Shown: in pieces, positions 1 through 12,170 of the stretch
Numbering within the stretch: the stretch's first letter is position 1
Layout: every line of letters begins with the position of its first letter
NCBI GenBank assembly: GCA_038087875.1
Contig: CM075991.1
Location: forward strand, 1,798,001-1,862,000
Source of the DNA: Malacoraja senta
Taxonomy: Eukaryota
Direction of reading: 5' to 3'
Length of the DNA stretch: 64,000 bases
Made by a program: the position numbers and the translations under genes
Notes under the pieces: model-generated
What the model was told of the DNA's origin: nothing
The model's database searches: none
The model's input: the letters and a program-made list of their open reading frames with translations, nothing else

Positions 1-612
1 AACGCTGCTATTCGGCAGTGAGACATGGACTATATATGCCAGACAGGAGAGAAGACTCAACACCTTCCACCTTAGAAGCATCGGCCGTATCCTGGGCATA
101 TCGTGGCAAGACAGAGGGTCCAACGTCGAGATCCTGTCTCGCAGTGGCCTTCGTAGTATGTACACTCTGCTCAGGCAGCGCAGACTGCGGTGGCTGGGCC
201 ATGTCCACCGCATGGAGGATGGCTGTATTCCAAAAGACTTCCTCTATGGAGAGCTGACACCTGGGAGGAGAACCATCGGCCGCACCCAGCTACGTTACAA
301 GGATGTCTACAAGAGGGATATGAAGGCGCTCGACATCGACGTGGAGTCCTGGGAGAGCCTTGCAGCTGACCGCATGATGTGGAGAGATACCCTGAACCAA
401 CATCTCAAACAGGGGAAGAGAAACTGGGGAAGGGAAAGCGGGCACGCAGAAAGGAGCGCAGCAACTTCAACAAACCAGAGACCACACACAAGTGTGACCT
501 TTGCCACAGAGACTGTCAGTCCCGCAGTAGTCTCTTCAGCCACAGGTTTGGAACAAGCAGCCAACAACTAGCATGCACCACCTATGGTCAGTCATGACCG
601 AGGCGGGCCTAC
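1..612 (+). mobile_element. RTE-clade LINE 3' fragment (ORF2 C-terminus)
   Basis: ORF 158-571 reads RRLRWLGHVHRMEDGCIPKDFLYGEL...GRTQLRYKD...WESLAADR..WR, the typical RTE/BovB C-terminus. Truncated by the window start. Confidence 0.85.
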
Positions 613-959
613 GATCCATACCGACTCCACATCTCCTGATTAAATGTGACTCCCAGCAAGGGACTGAATTTCATTCCTCACCAACAGAGCTACCCCACCC
701 CCAGTTTTATTACGGGTGACAGTTATAGCATGAACCTGCTGCACATTTATATCTTGGCAGAAGTGTTTGTAGGTTTGTGACGCGCTGTCAGAGTGGGCTG
801 GATGAGTAACTGCAATCTAATTTGTTGTTGTACACCCAACAACCATTGTGCGCTGGTGCTGGAGGGAAAGGGTGTTGAGGGCGGTGATGTGGTGCCAATC
901 TATCGGATGCTTTCTCCTAAATGTTTCTAGCCGTTTGAATGTTGTTGCAGCTGCATTCA

Positions 960-1185
960 TCCGCCCACCAGCGATCCCAGCATACTAACACTATCTTACC
1001 CCACTAGGGACAATTTTACTAAGCTAATGAACCTACAAACCTTTACGTATTTGGTGCGTGGGAGGAAACCGGAGTTCCCGGAGAAAACCCTCGCAGGTCA
1101 TGGGGTCAGCGTACAAACTCGGAGAGGATCGAACACGGGGCTCTTGACACGTAAGACAGCAACTTTAGCGCTGCGCCACTGTGTC
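960..1185 (-). mobile_element. tRNA-derived SINE, degenerate
   Basis: Reverse complement begins gtggcgcagcgctaaagttgctg (A-box-like); body matches the copy at 11876-12170. Confidence 0.7.
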
Positions 1186-1966
1186 TCCTCTTGTTGAGGT
1201 TAATATGAAAAACCTCATAGCACCAGTACCTTAGAATAAAGGACGTACCTTTATGATGAACATGAGGAGGAATGTGTTTAGTCAGCCGGATGGTGAATCT
1301 GCGGAATTCATTGTGGAGGTCACATTGAGGAGTTTGACAGATTCTTGATTTGTAAAAGGTGTGAAAGGTTGTGGGGAGAAGGTGGGAGATTAGGGTTGAG
1401 AGTGAAAGATAGATATCCCACGAATGGATGGCAGGGTAGAATCGATGGGCCGAATGGCCTACTTCTGCTCCAATTATTTATGCACCATTAAAAGACTAAA
1501 GGAAGGAACGCCATGAGAGGGGGGGGGGAGAAAAAAAGAGGGACCTGGCACTTTGGAAGCGCCCTTCATTGGGCCGCTCTTTGCATACATTGGGTATGTA
1601 AGAATTTCACTGTGACTTGTCACATGTGACAATGAAGTATTCATTCATTCATTCACTGTCAAATATGCATTTACCAAAACCGTTCTCAGCGAACTAAGTA
1701 TTGAACAATTAAATTTTCAACACTTAAATAAACATAAATCTAGATGTGGTCTTAAAAGGACAATTTATAATTGGAGCATTTTGCCCAGGTTATTTAAATT
1801 TCCCTACAGGGCGACAGTGTTCCGTGTTTCATGTACCGTGATACTCAGGCCCTCACTAACACCATTGTCATTCAAGTTATCTTTATTATTTGTCCTAGAT
1901 GATATTATTGATGGTTCATCCAGTGAGGGTGTATGAGCGGGGCTGAGAAATTAAAAAGGAATGATC

Positions 1967-2720
1967 ACCACTGTCTCCCCATCTCCTCAGGCACGCAACC
2001 TTGGCGTGATCTTTGACTCAACCCTCTCCCTTGAGCCTCACATCCGCCATGTTGTCAAAACATCATTTTTTCACCTCCGCAACATTGCCAAAATCAGATC
2101 CTCTCTCACCCCCCCCCCCCCGCTGCTGAAAGACTCATCCATGCCTTCATCTCCTCCCGACTAGACTACTGTAACTCTCTTCTCTTTGGAATCAATTCCA
2201 GCAGCATCAACCGACTCCAACTGGTCCAGAATGCAGCCGCTCAACTCATTACCCACACCAAATCCTGGCACCACATCACCCCAGTTCTCAAAGAACTTCA
2301 CTGGCTTCCCATTTCCCACCGGATCACCTACAAAGCCTTCAACAACTTGCCCCCCCCTTATCTCATTGACCTCCTCTCCCCCTACCAACCCTCACGGTCC
2401 CTCAGATCCACATCAGCTGGTCCCCTCTCCACTCCGAAATCAAACCTCTGCACTTTTGGAGGCAGAGCCTTCTCCAGGGCAGCTCCCAGGCTCTGGAATT
2501 CCCTCCGACAACTGGTCCGAAATTTTGAGTCCCTCTCCATCTTCCAGTCCCGCCTCAAGACCCGTCTCTTCACCTCTGCATACCCTTAGTCCCATGTTCC
2601 CCTCCCCTTTGCATCTCTGTTACTGCTCTATTTTGTTTTGTTTATTCCTGACTCTCAATGTAAAGCGACTTTGAGTCCTGAAAAGCGCTATATAAATAAA
2701 ATCTATTATTATTATTATTA
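1967..2720 (+). mobile_element. L2-clade LINE 3' fragment, left arm only
   Basis: RNLGVIFDSTLS..HIRHV.KTSFFHLRNIAKIR and GGRAFSRAAPRLWNSL motifs with a (TTA)n tail. Empty site in the right arm near 23832. Confidence 0.9.
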
Positions 2721-5700
2721 CCATGTGGGGAGCGTAGTCCCCCACCCCCCCCCCCCCCCAAAAAATAGTGAACGGGAATTGGAACCGTTAATATGCCGGG
2801 AGATTGCAGGCAGCTGCAGAGTTGTCACAGTTCGGGGATATTTACTTTCCCAATATAGACTGGGACTGGCATAGACGTAGAGCCATGTCATAGAGCCCTT
2901 CGGCCCAACTCATCCATGTCAATCATGGTGCTCAGGGATTAGATGGGATGGAATTTGTCAAATATGTTCAGGGAAGTTTCATTTGGCAAAATGTAGAGGG
3001 ACCTACAAGGCAGAGGGCAGTGCTTGAACCATTCTTATGCAATTGGGATGGGCAAGGGACGTGTCAGTGGGCGAGCCTTTTTTGGACCACGGGACCGCAG
3101 TTCCCACACACCCGAACAAACTATTCACACAAACTTGATAATAAGGAACAGAAAAGCACTTATGATTTCATGATGTTATTGGCAACTTAGCAAAGGTTTT
3201 GTCAATGTGGTGAACATTATCCACTTTACAGTTTGGAACAAACTATGTGACGGATCTGCTCCGCCATCTACTGGCTGTGCCTCTGGTGATTCTCTTCAAA
3301 CTGATAATTAGGTTCGAGGTAAACAAAAAGCTCGAACAAACTGCTGGAGTAACTCGGCGGGCCAGACAGCATTTATGGAGAACATGGCTAAGCGACGCTA
3401 CGGATCGTGTCTTTGCTTACTTTGGTTTAAACTCAACAATCTGTGGGGATATATTTATTCTGATTCCGGTTCTCCAGAAATGCTGGCTGGCACAATGAAT
3501 GATTTCAGCATTTTGTAGTTTTTGCAGAAGCAAAAATACAAATATGTCTGACGAAAGGTATTGACCACAACGTCACCTAGCCATGTTCTCCAGATATACT
3601 GGCTGTCCCGCTGAGATTTTTTCGCACCTTTCTCTCCTATTGTCGCTTTGGGTTTCTGCTCAACGTTCGGCATCTGCAGTTCCTTGTGTCTATTTAAGTT
3701 CTGGTGACCATGTTCACAGGTATCACAGTAATATATCATGGTTACGGCACAGCCTTACATCTGGTGTGGCGGAGACAACAACGCAACAAAATGAAGTGCA
3801 TTCAATATTAACAGGTTAACACGGGTTACACAATTCCACAGAATTCTCAGTTTAATAACAGTTGTGAGGCAGTTCCTGATATTTGAAGAGTGGCACCGCC
3901 GTCACACAAGCTGAATAAAGCGGAACTGTGAAGTTCACCATGACTAAATAACTCTTTTGGAACCGGTAACAACTTTGGTCTAATGTACGCTGAGGCCTCC
4001 ACAATATGCATGCAGCCATCGAAGCCCTGGACTTTGAATGTCAGTTCCAGCCCCAGTTCAACATCCTGTCAACAATGCAGCAGCAACACACTGTCCTCCC
4101 ACAACACCATGCTGGAATGCAAGCCCAGATATTTGTCTTTAAATCTCTACAGTGCACATTAAACCAAAATTCTTCTGATGCTGAATTCATACACATTTTA
4201 AATGTTAATCTGAAGAGATGAAAAGTAAATCACTTTGGAATTTACTGTGAAGAGACGTGTGGTCAGTGTCCTGTGCTCTGGTGTGTTTTTGTTGGCTTCA
4301 TGACGCAAAAAGCACATTAGGTTGGATGAGCCTTACTGTCATTGGTAACCCTCAGGTGTGTATGTTGGAGCTCAAGCCTCCCATCCTAAGATGTGTGTAA
4401 TAGCTCCTCAGGGCTGCGAACTCGGCCCAGCTGCTTCATGAATGACATTCATACCAGTGTAGGGATGCGCATAATGTTCAATTCCATCTGCAACCTTTCA
4501 CCAAACAGGGCAGTTCATTTTTACAGCAAACAAGATCTAAGCAGCATCTTGTCGATTACCATGTGCCCCGCTGGTGCTGGCACTGATCATCTCCAACAAG
4601 AAGCAGTGTAACTACATTTCCTTGCTATTCATTTGGATAACTTTTGGCTCCACATTCACTATTCTGGAGGTTAGCATTGAGCAGGAACTCAACTGGACCA
4701 GCCATGTAAATTCAACAAAAGTAGTTCATGGGGAAGGGTTATGAATTCTACTGCAAACAACTCGCCTCTTGACATGATGTCCTCGCATAAATAAAATGCT
4801 TCGTACAGAATACATCCTCCCATTGACTGAAAAACAGAATATGAAAATCTATTAAGGAAACGGTCATGCTCTGCAAACATTAGCAGCTCACAGCATTCTC
4901 TCTGTTTCAGTTTCTTAGTGAAGTTTTTTTAATTTCTAATTCAGATCTCTGCTGTGCATTTTAGCATTTCATAAACCTAGTATTCAAAGTATGAATATGA
5001 TAATCCAGCACAAAATCAATAATTTAACATATTGTAATAACGAGTCTGGGATTCGAGCCGAAATGTCACCCATTCCTTCTCTCCGGAGATGCTGCCTGTC
5101 CCGCTGTTTTACTCCAGCTTTTGTGTCTATCTTCGTAGTAATTAGAGAATCAGCTGTTTTGTATAATTTATTTTTGGTGTCAAGAATTCAGCAGCTTCTT
5201 GTTCGGTTGGTCAGGTGGAATGGGTGATGGAGTAGAATGCAGATAAATGTGAGATGCTGCACTTTGGGAGCACTAATGGGCAGAACAGGTAGGGCTCTGG
5301 GAAGTATTGTAGAGCTGACGAGTTTAGGAAGGCTATTTTTTTCACACTAAGTGTGGTGGGGGTAGAGAATGTGCCAGAGGAGGTAGCTGAGTCAAGTACT
5401 ATTGCAACGTTTAAGAAACATTACACAGGTACATGGATAGGATAGGTTCCAAATGCAGCAAGTGGGAGTAGTGTAGATGGGACATGTTTGCCGGTGTGGG
5501 AAAGCAGGACTGAAGGGCCTGTTTCCACGCTGCAAGATCCTATGACTATTCCTTATAATGAGCTCCTGGAGGCATACCGAGGCAGCAGGCCTGGCTCGCC
5601 CCCTGTGGGAACGGGGGAGCCCACCTGGAGTGGGTCCCAGGCTCATCGTCTGCTTCTTGTACTAGAGGACCAGTAACTGGAGAGTGGAGAGAGCCTGCGC

Positions 5701-6379
5701 TGGCAGTGGACGCTGGAACAAAGGTCCGGGAAAAGAACCAGCGGTCTTATCCTCTTGCCCTCAAGGCCGGCTGTGGGAGCCGCCCCACTCTAACCCTCAC
5801 TCCGCCAACCCTCACCCCTCCCCCTCCGGGCATGAATGCACGAAGGCTGAATGCCGGAAGAGGAGCGAATGACAGTTTGCTCCGGATGGAGGCAACGGCT
5901 TCAACGGGGCTTTACAAATGAACTGACACAATGCTCAATTAACCCCTTCGGGAAGGGCCAGGCCATTCTTTGCTCATCCCATCAGGAATAATGGTGGGAT
6001 CTGATAAAGCCACTCAATCATGCTTCCAACGGGAAACAAATTTATATGCAAGTCCTATAATCATGAAAACTTATGGAAATCCTCAGTATACTGTCCCTTC
6101 AATATATCTGTAACATCAGGATTTCCAAAAAGGTAACAAATATCCAATGAGGGCAGATGAAATTGCTGTCTGATGCCGTGGCACCATCAAATAACGTGAA
6201 CTTCACACCATCTCCCAAAAAGGGGCTTTTGTTGAATAAAATAGCATCAGAAATGTTTGCCAAGTGAGGGAGAAGGATGAAACCGGTAAACATAATACAT
6301 CTAGTAAATAAACGTAAAATATCTGGCTCCAGAGAACATTGATGAACAAAAGAGGGATGACTCAGATTGGAGAATAGTG

Positions 6380-7945
6380 AAGTCCTTCTTTGACTCCCCA
6401 ATACACTGGTGGGAAGCTACCTTGGAGAGCATTCGAGGTTCTACATCCTCAAAGATGTTCAGAAAGCAAGAAAGGGTCAACGGGAATTGTACCAATTCCT
6501 GACAGACTTGCAGTATCTCATACATTTGCATTTGAGAGGGACGAATGTGAGGGCGGAACTCCCAGAGGTGAAGTGCCAGCAAAGTTCTCCAAGATCATGT
6601 TCTCATCCAGAGTCTGCTCCATGGAGCAAGATGAGTCGCGCTCACGCTTCTCCTTGACAAAGGTCCACAAGAGGAGTTCTGTGAGTTCACAGCCTTAAGA
6701 AAGAGACTGCTCGGTCACATTGTCACATACAAACATATTGAGGATCTGTAGATCCTTCTATACTGGTCTGTATGTCAGACAGACCATAGGTAGCACAGAT
6801 TCCCAGAACGCCCTGTATATGGAGATCTTGGCGGACAGCAAATTGAAGAGCCTGGAACAACTAATGATCCTGGCGGAACTGACTGGCTCCACCCATCCCT
6901 TTGACTTGAATACGGAAGCGATGGTTTGCCGTCTGAATTGTACTTGGCTCTGTGCGACTCGGTGTGCCAGGCCTGCTGGAAATGTACAATGATATGCTTC
7001 TGGTTGGCAGTATCTTAGACTCCTTGATGAAGGGCATCATCACCCTCATCTCCAAGCAGAAAGGGGAAGAGGATTATAGTAGACCATCTGATACCTTGCT
7101 GATACAATACCTTGTTGATGGTGAGGGACCTTCCCAGTCAGACCCTTCCTATACCACCAGAGTGTCTAAAAATGCATGTTGCTGCTGCTACAGAGAGGAG
7201 TCGGTGATAAGGTCATAACTGATAGAAGCAGAATTAGACCATTCGCACCATCAAGTCTATTCCTCCATTCAACCATGGCGGCTTTATCGCTTTCTCCTAA
7301 CCCCATTCTCCTGCCTTCTCCCTATAACCTCTGACACCCAATACAAATCTACCGGTTGCCCACCTCTTTGCAGAGCGTGGATTTACAAAAAGGCACTGGA
7401 GACAATTCATTGTCATGGTTCATCCCAAACAGTTCCGTAACCGAGGACGATCTGATTTACCGGTTGTTCCCATGGACACGTTGATGTCTCCAGACAGACA
7501 TCATGTGCTTCTGGAAGAAACATCAACATGACCAAAGATACTTATTCTTCCTCCCAAAACCTGTTGGTCTTCCAGCATAGCGTGATGTCCATCAGGGAAT
7601 GTTGCCGATGGCCCATTCTCGACTGTACGAATATGTGATGAATGAGGGTTGCACTGAAGCTTGGTGCAGCCAACACCACGGGTCTGTGAGGGAGGAGCAC
7701 AGACTAGAGTCCTTCTACTTCTGGACATGAAGGCCAGTGCAGTGGAGACGCCTCTCAAACAAGGGAAGGTACACCCTTGGTGGCAACATGAGTGGCAAGG
7801 GTGTTTTCTTTAAAAATAGATGAGAAAACTACTGAGTAGACACTATTGAATTTATAGACAATGAGAATGTATGGAGAGTTCTTGCAGTTTTTATTTTGTA
7901 TATACTTGTATTATAAATAAAGTTTATTTGTGGAAAAAATCTATT
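6380..7945 (+). mobile_element. Tx1/L1-group LINE fragments, internally deleted, with a nested CR1 3' piece at ~7205-7345
   Basis: FYILKDVQKARK.QREL, KIMFSSRVCSMEQDE.SRF, MKGIITLISKQKGE (RT N-terminus); degenerate C-terminus AHLFAE..SWFIP.SSVTED..LKLGAAN; AATAAA plus A-rich end near 7915-7940. Confidence 0.8.
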
Positions 7946-8060
7946 AATCATATACGTTATGCTATTTTTTTTTAAAGAATCCTAATAATGTAAATATTAG
8001 ATATCTTAAATAATTCTGCTCCTATCATTATTTGAAGACATATTTTCCTCTTCGTTCTCC

Positions 8061-8362
8061 TTAGTTCCTCATTACTTTTTCGTCCCGATGGATCCGTGGC
8101 AAAGTGTCGCCTCTCCAGAGTCCCAAGAGCTGAATTGTGACAAGTAGCAGAGAAATATAAGTGTTCCAATGCAATTTTCGTTTATCTTCAGTTTCTACAG
8201 ATGCATTGTTTGTTGTATTTTGATCACGGTAACATTTTTCCTGCACTTCTTTCTGGACCCGGTCTATCTCCAGTTTGTACAGGTATTCATGTTCCTTTAT
8301 TCTGTCTTGGATCTCCTCACTCTCCACTTCATCACTCAGGAGGTGGGGGTAGTACAGGCTCC
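8061..8362 (-). CDS. Candidate terminal coding exon of an unknown small coiled-coil protein with a C-terminal hydrophobic segment (left copy)
   Basis: Acceptor tgttttaatgatcacag|GG (phase 1). Open frame GSLYYPHLLSDEVESEEIQDRIKEHEYLYKLEIDRVQKEVQEKC...TYISLLLVTIQLLGLW...RN*, kept open in both arms. Confidence 0.55.
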
Positions 8363-9058
8363 CTGTGATCATTAAAACACACAGGTTGAAAAACTGCAGC
8401 ACAGTTGGCATCCTGTGAACGACAGCCAGACAAGATATTCAGAAGGTGCACGTATAATTAAAGTAGTAACTACATTTGTACATCTATCAGATACTCATCC
8501 TCCAACCTTTTATTAAACCTTCCTGGTCTACAATTGTCCTCAGACTTTTCCCGGCAGGCAGCGGAGAAGCCGAGGCTGCTGCTTCGAGAGACGGAGCCCG
8601 CGGCCGACAGAGTTGACGGAGCCTGCGGCGGAGACCTGGGTCGGCGCCACAGAGGACCTGGCAGCAATAGTGGAGAGGTCAGGAGATGGCGCCGACCGAC
8701 GGACTAGGGCGGATCACGTGGGATTGAAGACGCCATTGCCGGATGAAGCACAAAGGAGGACTCGGCGTGGGGGGGGGTCGTCGTGAGGGATGCGGGAGGG
8801 AACACCGGAGGACCCGGCGTGGGGGCCTGGCGCGGGGGAGGGGAAGAACAAAGGGGACCTTGTAACTTTGTAAGCGCCATTTATGTGGCGATTATTTGCA
8901 TATCTTGGGTATGCAAGTCAAGCATTTTACCGTGACTTGTCACATGTAATAATAAAGTATTAATTAATTCATCCATTCAGATATTTCACTGGAGGTGGCA
9001 AGTGAAGAGCAATTAATGAAATCAGGACACTGACAATCATTGTAACCACATGAATTAC

Positions 9059-9120
9059 CGGCACCGAAACCCTTTAGAAACATATTTAGATTTCATGAGA
9101 ACTTTGTCATCTATTTAAAT
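9059..9120 (-). CDS. Candidate 62-nt exon carrying the start codon (ATG at 9083-9081; MFLKGFGA-)
   Basis: Acceptor ttttctattatttag| and donor CCG|gtaatt. The ATG is in phase 1 register with the exon starting at 8362. Confidence 0.4.
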
Positions 9121-9329
9121 CTAAATAATAGAAAATCATAGATGGCATGTGTCTGGTGCATTATGATCAGTTAATCCCAAGTTTGGACTTTAAAAATCTC
9201 TATTTCCATCAGCAAGAAAAGACGAATGATACTAAAGCCAGTGGGCAAGCATTGACAGAGTGCTAATGATAATTAATCAGATAAAGACACAGCAGCAATA
9301 AAACGAAAAGCAGGTTAAATGAATACAGG

Positions 9330-9860
9330 TTGGCTAGTTGGCAGGAGGCAAAAGGTAGCAATAAAGGGGGCTTTTTCTGGTTGGCTACGAGTGACCAGCG
9401 GAGTTCCGTAGAGGTCATTGCTGTTGCCGCTACTCTTCACTCTTCACTCAAACCTCATTCAAAATTACCAAACAGTGAAAGACCTGGATCGAGTGGATGT
9501 GGAGAGGATGTTTCCACGAGTGGGAGAGTCATCAAGGACCAGAAGGTCGTAGCCTCCGAATTAAAGGAAGTTCCTTTAGGAGATGAGGAATTTATTTCAT
9601 CAGTGGGTGGTGAATCTGTGGAATTCATTGCCATAGATAAGGTGAAGTTCCGAAGGTAAGCCAGCCAAGAATATAAAAGAGGATAGTAAAAGCTTCTTTG
9701 GTTTGTGAAGAAGAAGAAAATAGTTAAGACCAAAATTGGACCCTTGGAGATTGAAAAGGGCAAATTTATTATGGGGAACAAGGAAATAACAGACGAGTTG
9801 AACAGGTACTTTGGATCCGTCTTCATATAGGAGGGCACAAGCAAGATTTTCACTGTACTT
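9330..9860 (+). mobile_element. Composite CR1 fragments (mirror at ~14890-15430, minus)
   Basis: KKKIVKTKIGPLE.EKGKFIMGN.EITDELNRYFG.VF CR1 ORF2 segment joined to 3'-end pieces. Confidence 0.75.
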
Positions 9861-9939
9861 GTGCATCACCATAGATGTGCACATGAGCATAAACTTGACG
9901 ACTTGAAATGCCTTAAAAGACACTTCACAAACTCGTCGA

Positions 9940-10195
9940 TCACCAGGCCAGGAAGGCATCGAGCGCCCACCGACTCTTACCTGGTCGCTTGTGGCCCAAA
10001 GTCGCTGTTGAGTGGGAGCTGGGGCGTCGCTACACAGGGCGCGGTTCACATTAGAGTGTGCGGGAAGCGCCGCCCGCCTCGACTCGCACCGGCGACGCGG
10101 GACAATGCCACTCCCTGTGACGTCACTGCCGTCCAACGGGCGCGAGATCAGGCGGCCGTTGGTCGATCGGAATTCAAAATCTCCCGAAGATCGAC
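9940..10195 (-). promoter_or_regulatory. CpG-rich promoter / candidate non-coding first exon
   Basis: High CpG density; palindromic CRE GTGACGTCAC 10117-10126; MYB-type sites CAACGG 10134-10139 and CCGTTG 10156-10161; CHR-like TTCAAA 10173-10178; strong minus-strand donor CAG|gtaaga at 9981/9980. Confidence 0.55.
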
Positions 10196-10204
10196 ATTAA
10201 AAGC

Positions 10205-11390
10205 CGGAGTAACTGAGCGGGAAACGCAACATCTTTGTAGAGAAGCAATGGGAGACGTTGCGGGTCGAGACCCTTCTTCAGACTAGTTAGGGATAAGGGG
10301 AACGAGAGGTATTGACGATGATGTAGAGAGATAAAGAACTAATGAAAGATATGCAAAAAAGTAACGATGATAAAGGAAACAGGCCATTGTCTGTTGGGTG
10401 AAAACGAGAAGCTGGTGCGACGTGAGTGGGGGAGGGGTGGAGAGAGAGGGAATGCAGAGGTTACTTGAAATTAGATAATTCAATATTCATACCATTGGGC
10501 TGTAAGCTGCCCAAGCGAAATATGAGATGCTGTTCCTCCAATTCGCGTTTCGCCTCACTCTGACAATGGAGGAGACCTAGGACTGAAAGGTCAGTGCGGG
10601 AATGAGAAGGGGTGTTAAAGTGTTTAGCAAACTGTAGGTCAGGTGGGTACAGGCGGGCTGAGCGAAGGTGTTCAGCGAAACGATCGCCCAGTCTACGTTT
10701 AGTTTTGCTGATGTATAAGAGTCCACATCTTGAACAATGGATACAATAAATGAGGTTGGAGGAGGTGCAAGTGAAACTCTGCCTAACTTGAAAGGAATGT
10801 TATGGTCCCTGGACAGAGTCGAGGGAGGAGGTACAGGGACAGGTGTTGCTTCTTCTGCGGTTGCAGGGGAAGGTATCTGGGGAGGGGTGGTTTGGGTGGG
10901 AATGGATGAGTTAACCAGGGTGTCGCGGAGGGAATGGCCTCCGCGGGAGGTGGAAAGGGGTGGAGATGGGAAGACGTGGCTAATGTTGGGATCCCGCTGG
11001 AGGTGGCGCAAATTTCAGAGCATTGTGTGTTGTATGTGACGGCTGATGGGGTGAAAGGTAAGGACGATGGGGACTCGGGCTCTGTTGTAAATAGGGGAGC
11101 AAGGGCGGAGCTGCAGAGACACGAGTGAGGGTCTCATCTATGATGGCAGAGGGGAACCCCTGTTCCCCAAAGAAAGAGGACATCTCGGATGTCCTGGTAT
11201 GGAACACCTAATTTTGGGAGCTGATGCGGCATAGACGGAGTGTTTATGGGGAAAGAGTCTTTGCTGGAAGCAGGGTGGTAAGACATGTGGTCGAGATAGT
11301 TGTGAGAGTCAGTGGGTTTGTAATAGACATCAGTCTATAGACTATTTCCCGTGCTGGAGACAACGAGATCAAGAAAGGGGAGGGAGGTTT
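10205..11390 (-). mobile_element. Penelope-like element 3' part (RT thumb, GIY-YIG endonuclease, pLTR), degenerate
   Basis: RHLQRDP..SHVFPSPPLS..SLRDTLVNSS, FHTRTSEMSSFF..QGFP; hammerhead-like module at 10253-10283. Confidence 0.85.
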
Positions 11391-11875
11391 AAACTACGCG
11401 ATGGTGGAGATACCCGCCTGCGGTCACGTGGTGTTGGGTGGCTTCTGTGTCGGATGTTGGAATGTCGGAGAAATTGTTCTTCAAGAAATTCCTTCAAAGG
11501 TCATTGCTGTTCATAGAGATCCACTGAATTCCCAAGGTAACTATCGATGAAGGAGGTCATGCAGCCTTTCCGAATTAATCCATTGACACAGATCCCATGT
11601 CCTCTGTCATTCTGGCTTCCAGGTTGGTTTTAGTAAGTCCAGAATTTTCTTCTCCATTTGCTCACCTTGGGAATAATTTAATGTTTCGCGCTCTTCTTAT
11701 GGTGATAAAAATGTACTGATATCTGGAATATGTTTACGATAACAGCTGATGTGACATATATGGACTTCCAAAAAGCCATCTGACAAAGTGCCACATGGGG
11801 ACTTTGCCCCCTCAGTATTGAAGGTCTCGGAATAAGAAGGCCTTCAAGAAGCATAGATGGAGAATTAATTGGGAG

Positions 11876-12170
11876 GTTATGGTGGCGCAGCGGTGGAGTT
11901 GCCGCCTTACAGCGAGTACAGCGCCGGAGACTCGGGACCGATCCCGACGACGGGTGCTGTCTGTACGGAGTTTGTACGTTCTCCCCGTGACCTGCGTGGG
12001 TTTTCTCAGAGATCTTCGGTTTCCTCTCACACTCCAAATTTCTACATATTTGTAGGTTAATTGGCTTGGTAAATGTAAAAATGGTCCCTCGTGCGTGTAG
12101 GATAGTGTTAAAGTGCGGGGATCGCTGGTCGGCGCGCACCCGGTTGGCCGAAGGGCCTGTTTCTCTAAAC
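11876..12170 (+). mobile_element. tRNA-derived SINE with CR1-like tail
   Basis: A box TGGCGCAGCGG, degenerate B box, tail ggccgaagggcctgtttc. Related copies at ~14040-14500 (-), 26340-26570 (+), 57570-57770 (+) and 59440-59750 (-). Confidence 0.8.

Larger units (their letters stand above)
702..9885. repeat. Left arm of a large inverted segmental duplication
   Basis: Reverse complement aligns collinearly with 14876-25914. Examples: cagttttattacg..ttgtaca (702-833) vs 25782-25914; mirrored ORF pairs 8061-8411/16363-16704, 6409-6657/18111-18359 and 4006-4221/20385-20597. Confidence 0.95.

Noticed and set aside
11876..11950. tRNA gene
   Set aside because: A/B-box head continues into a multicopy SINE body; no cloverleaf.
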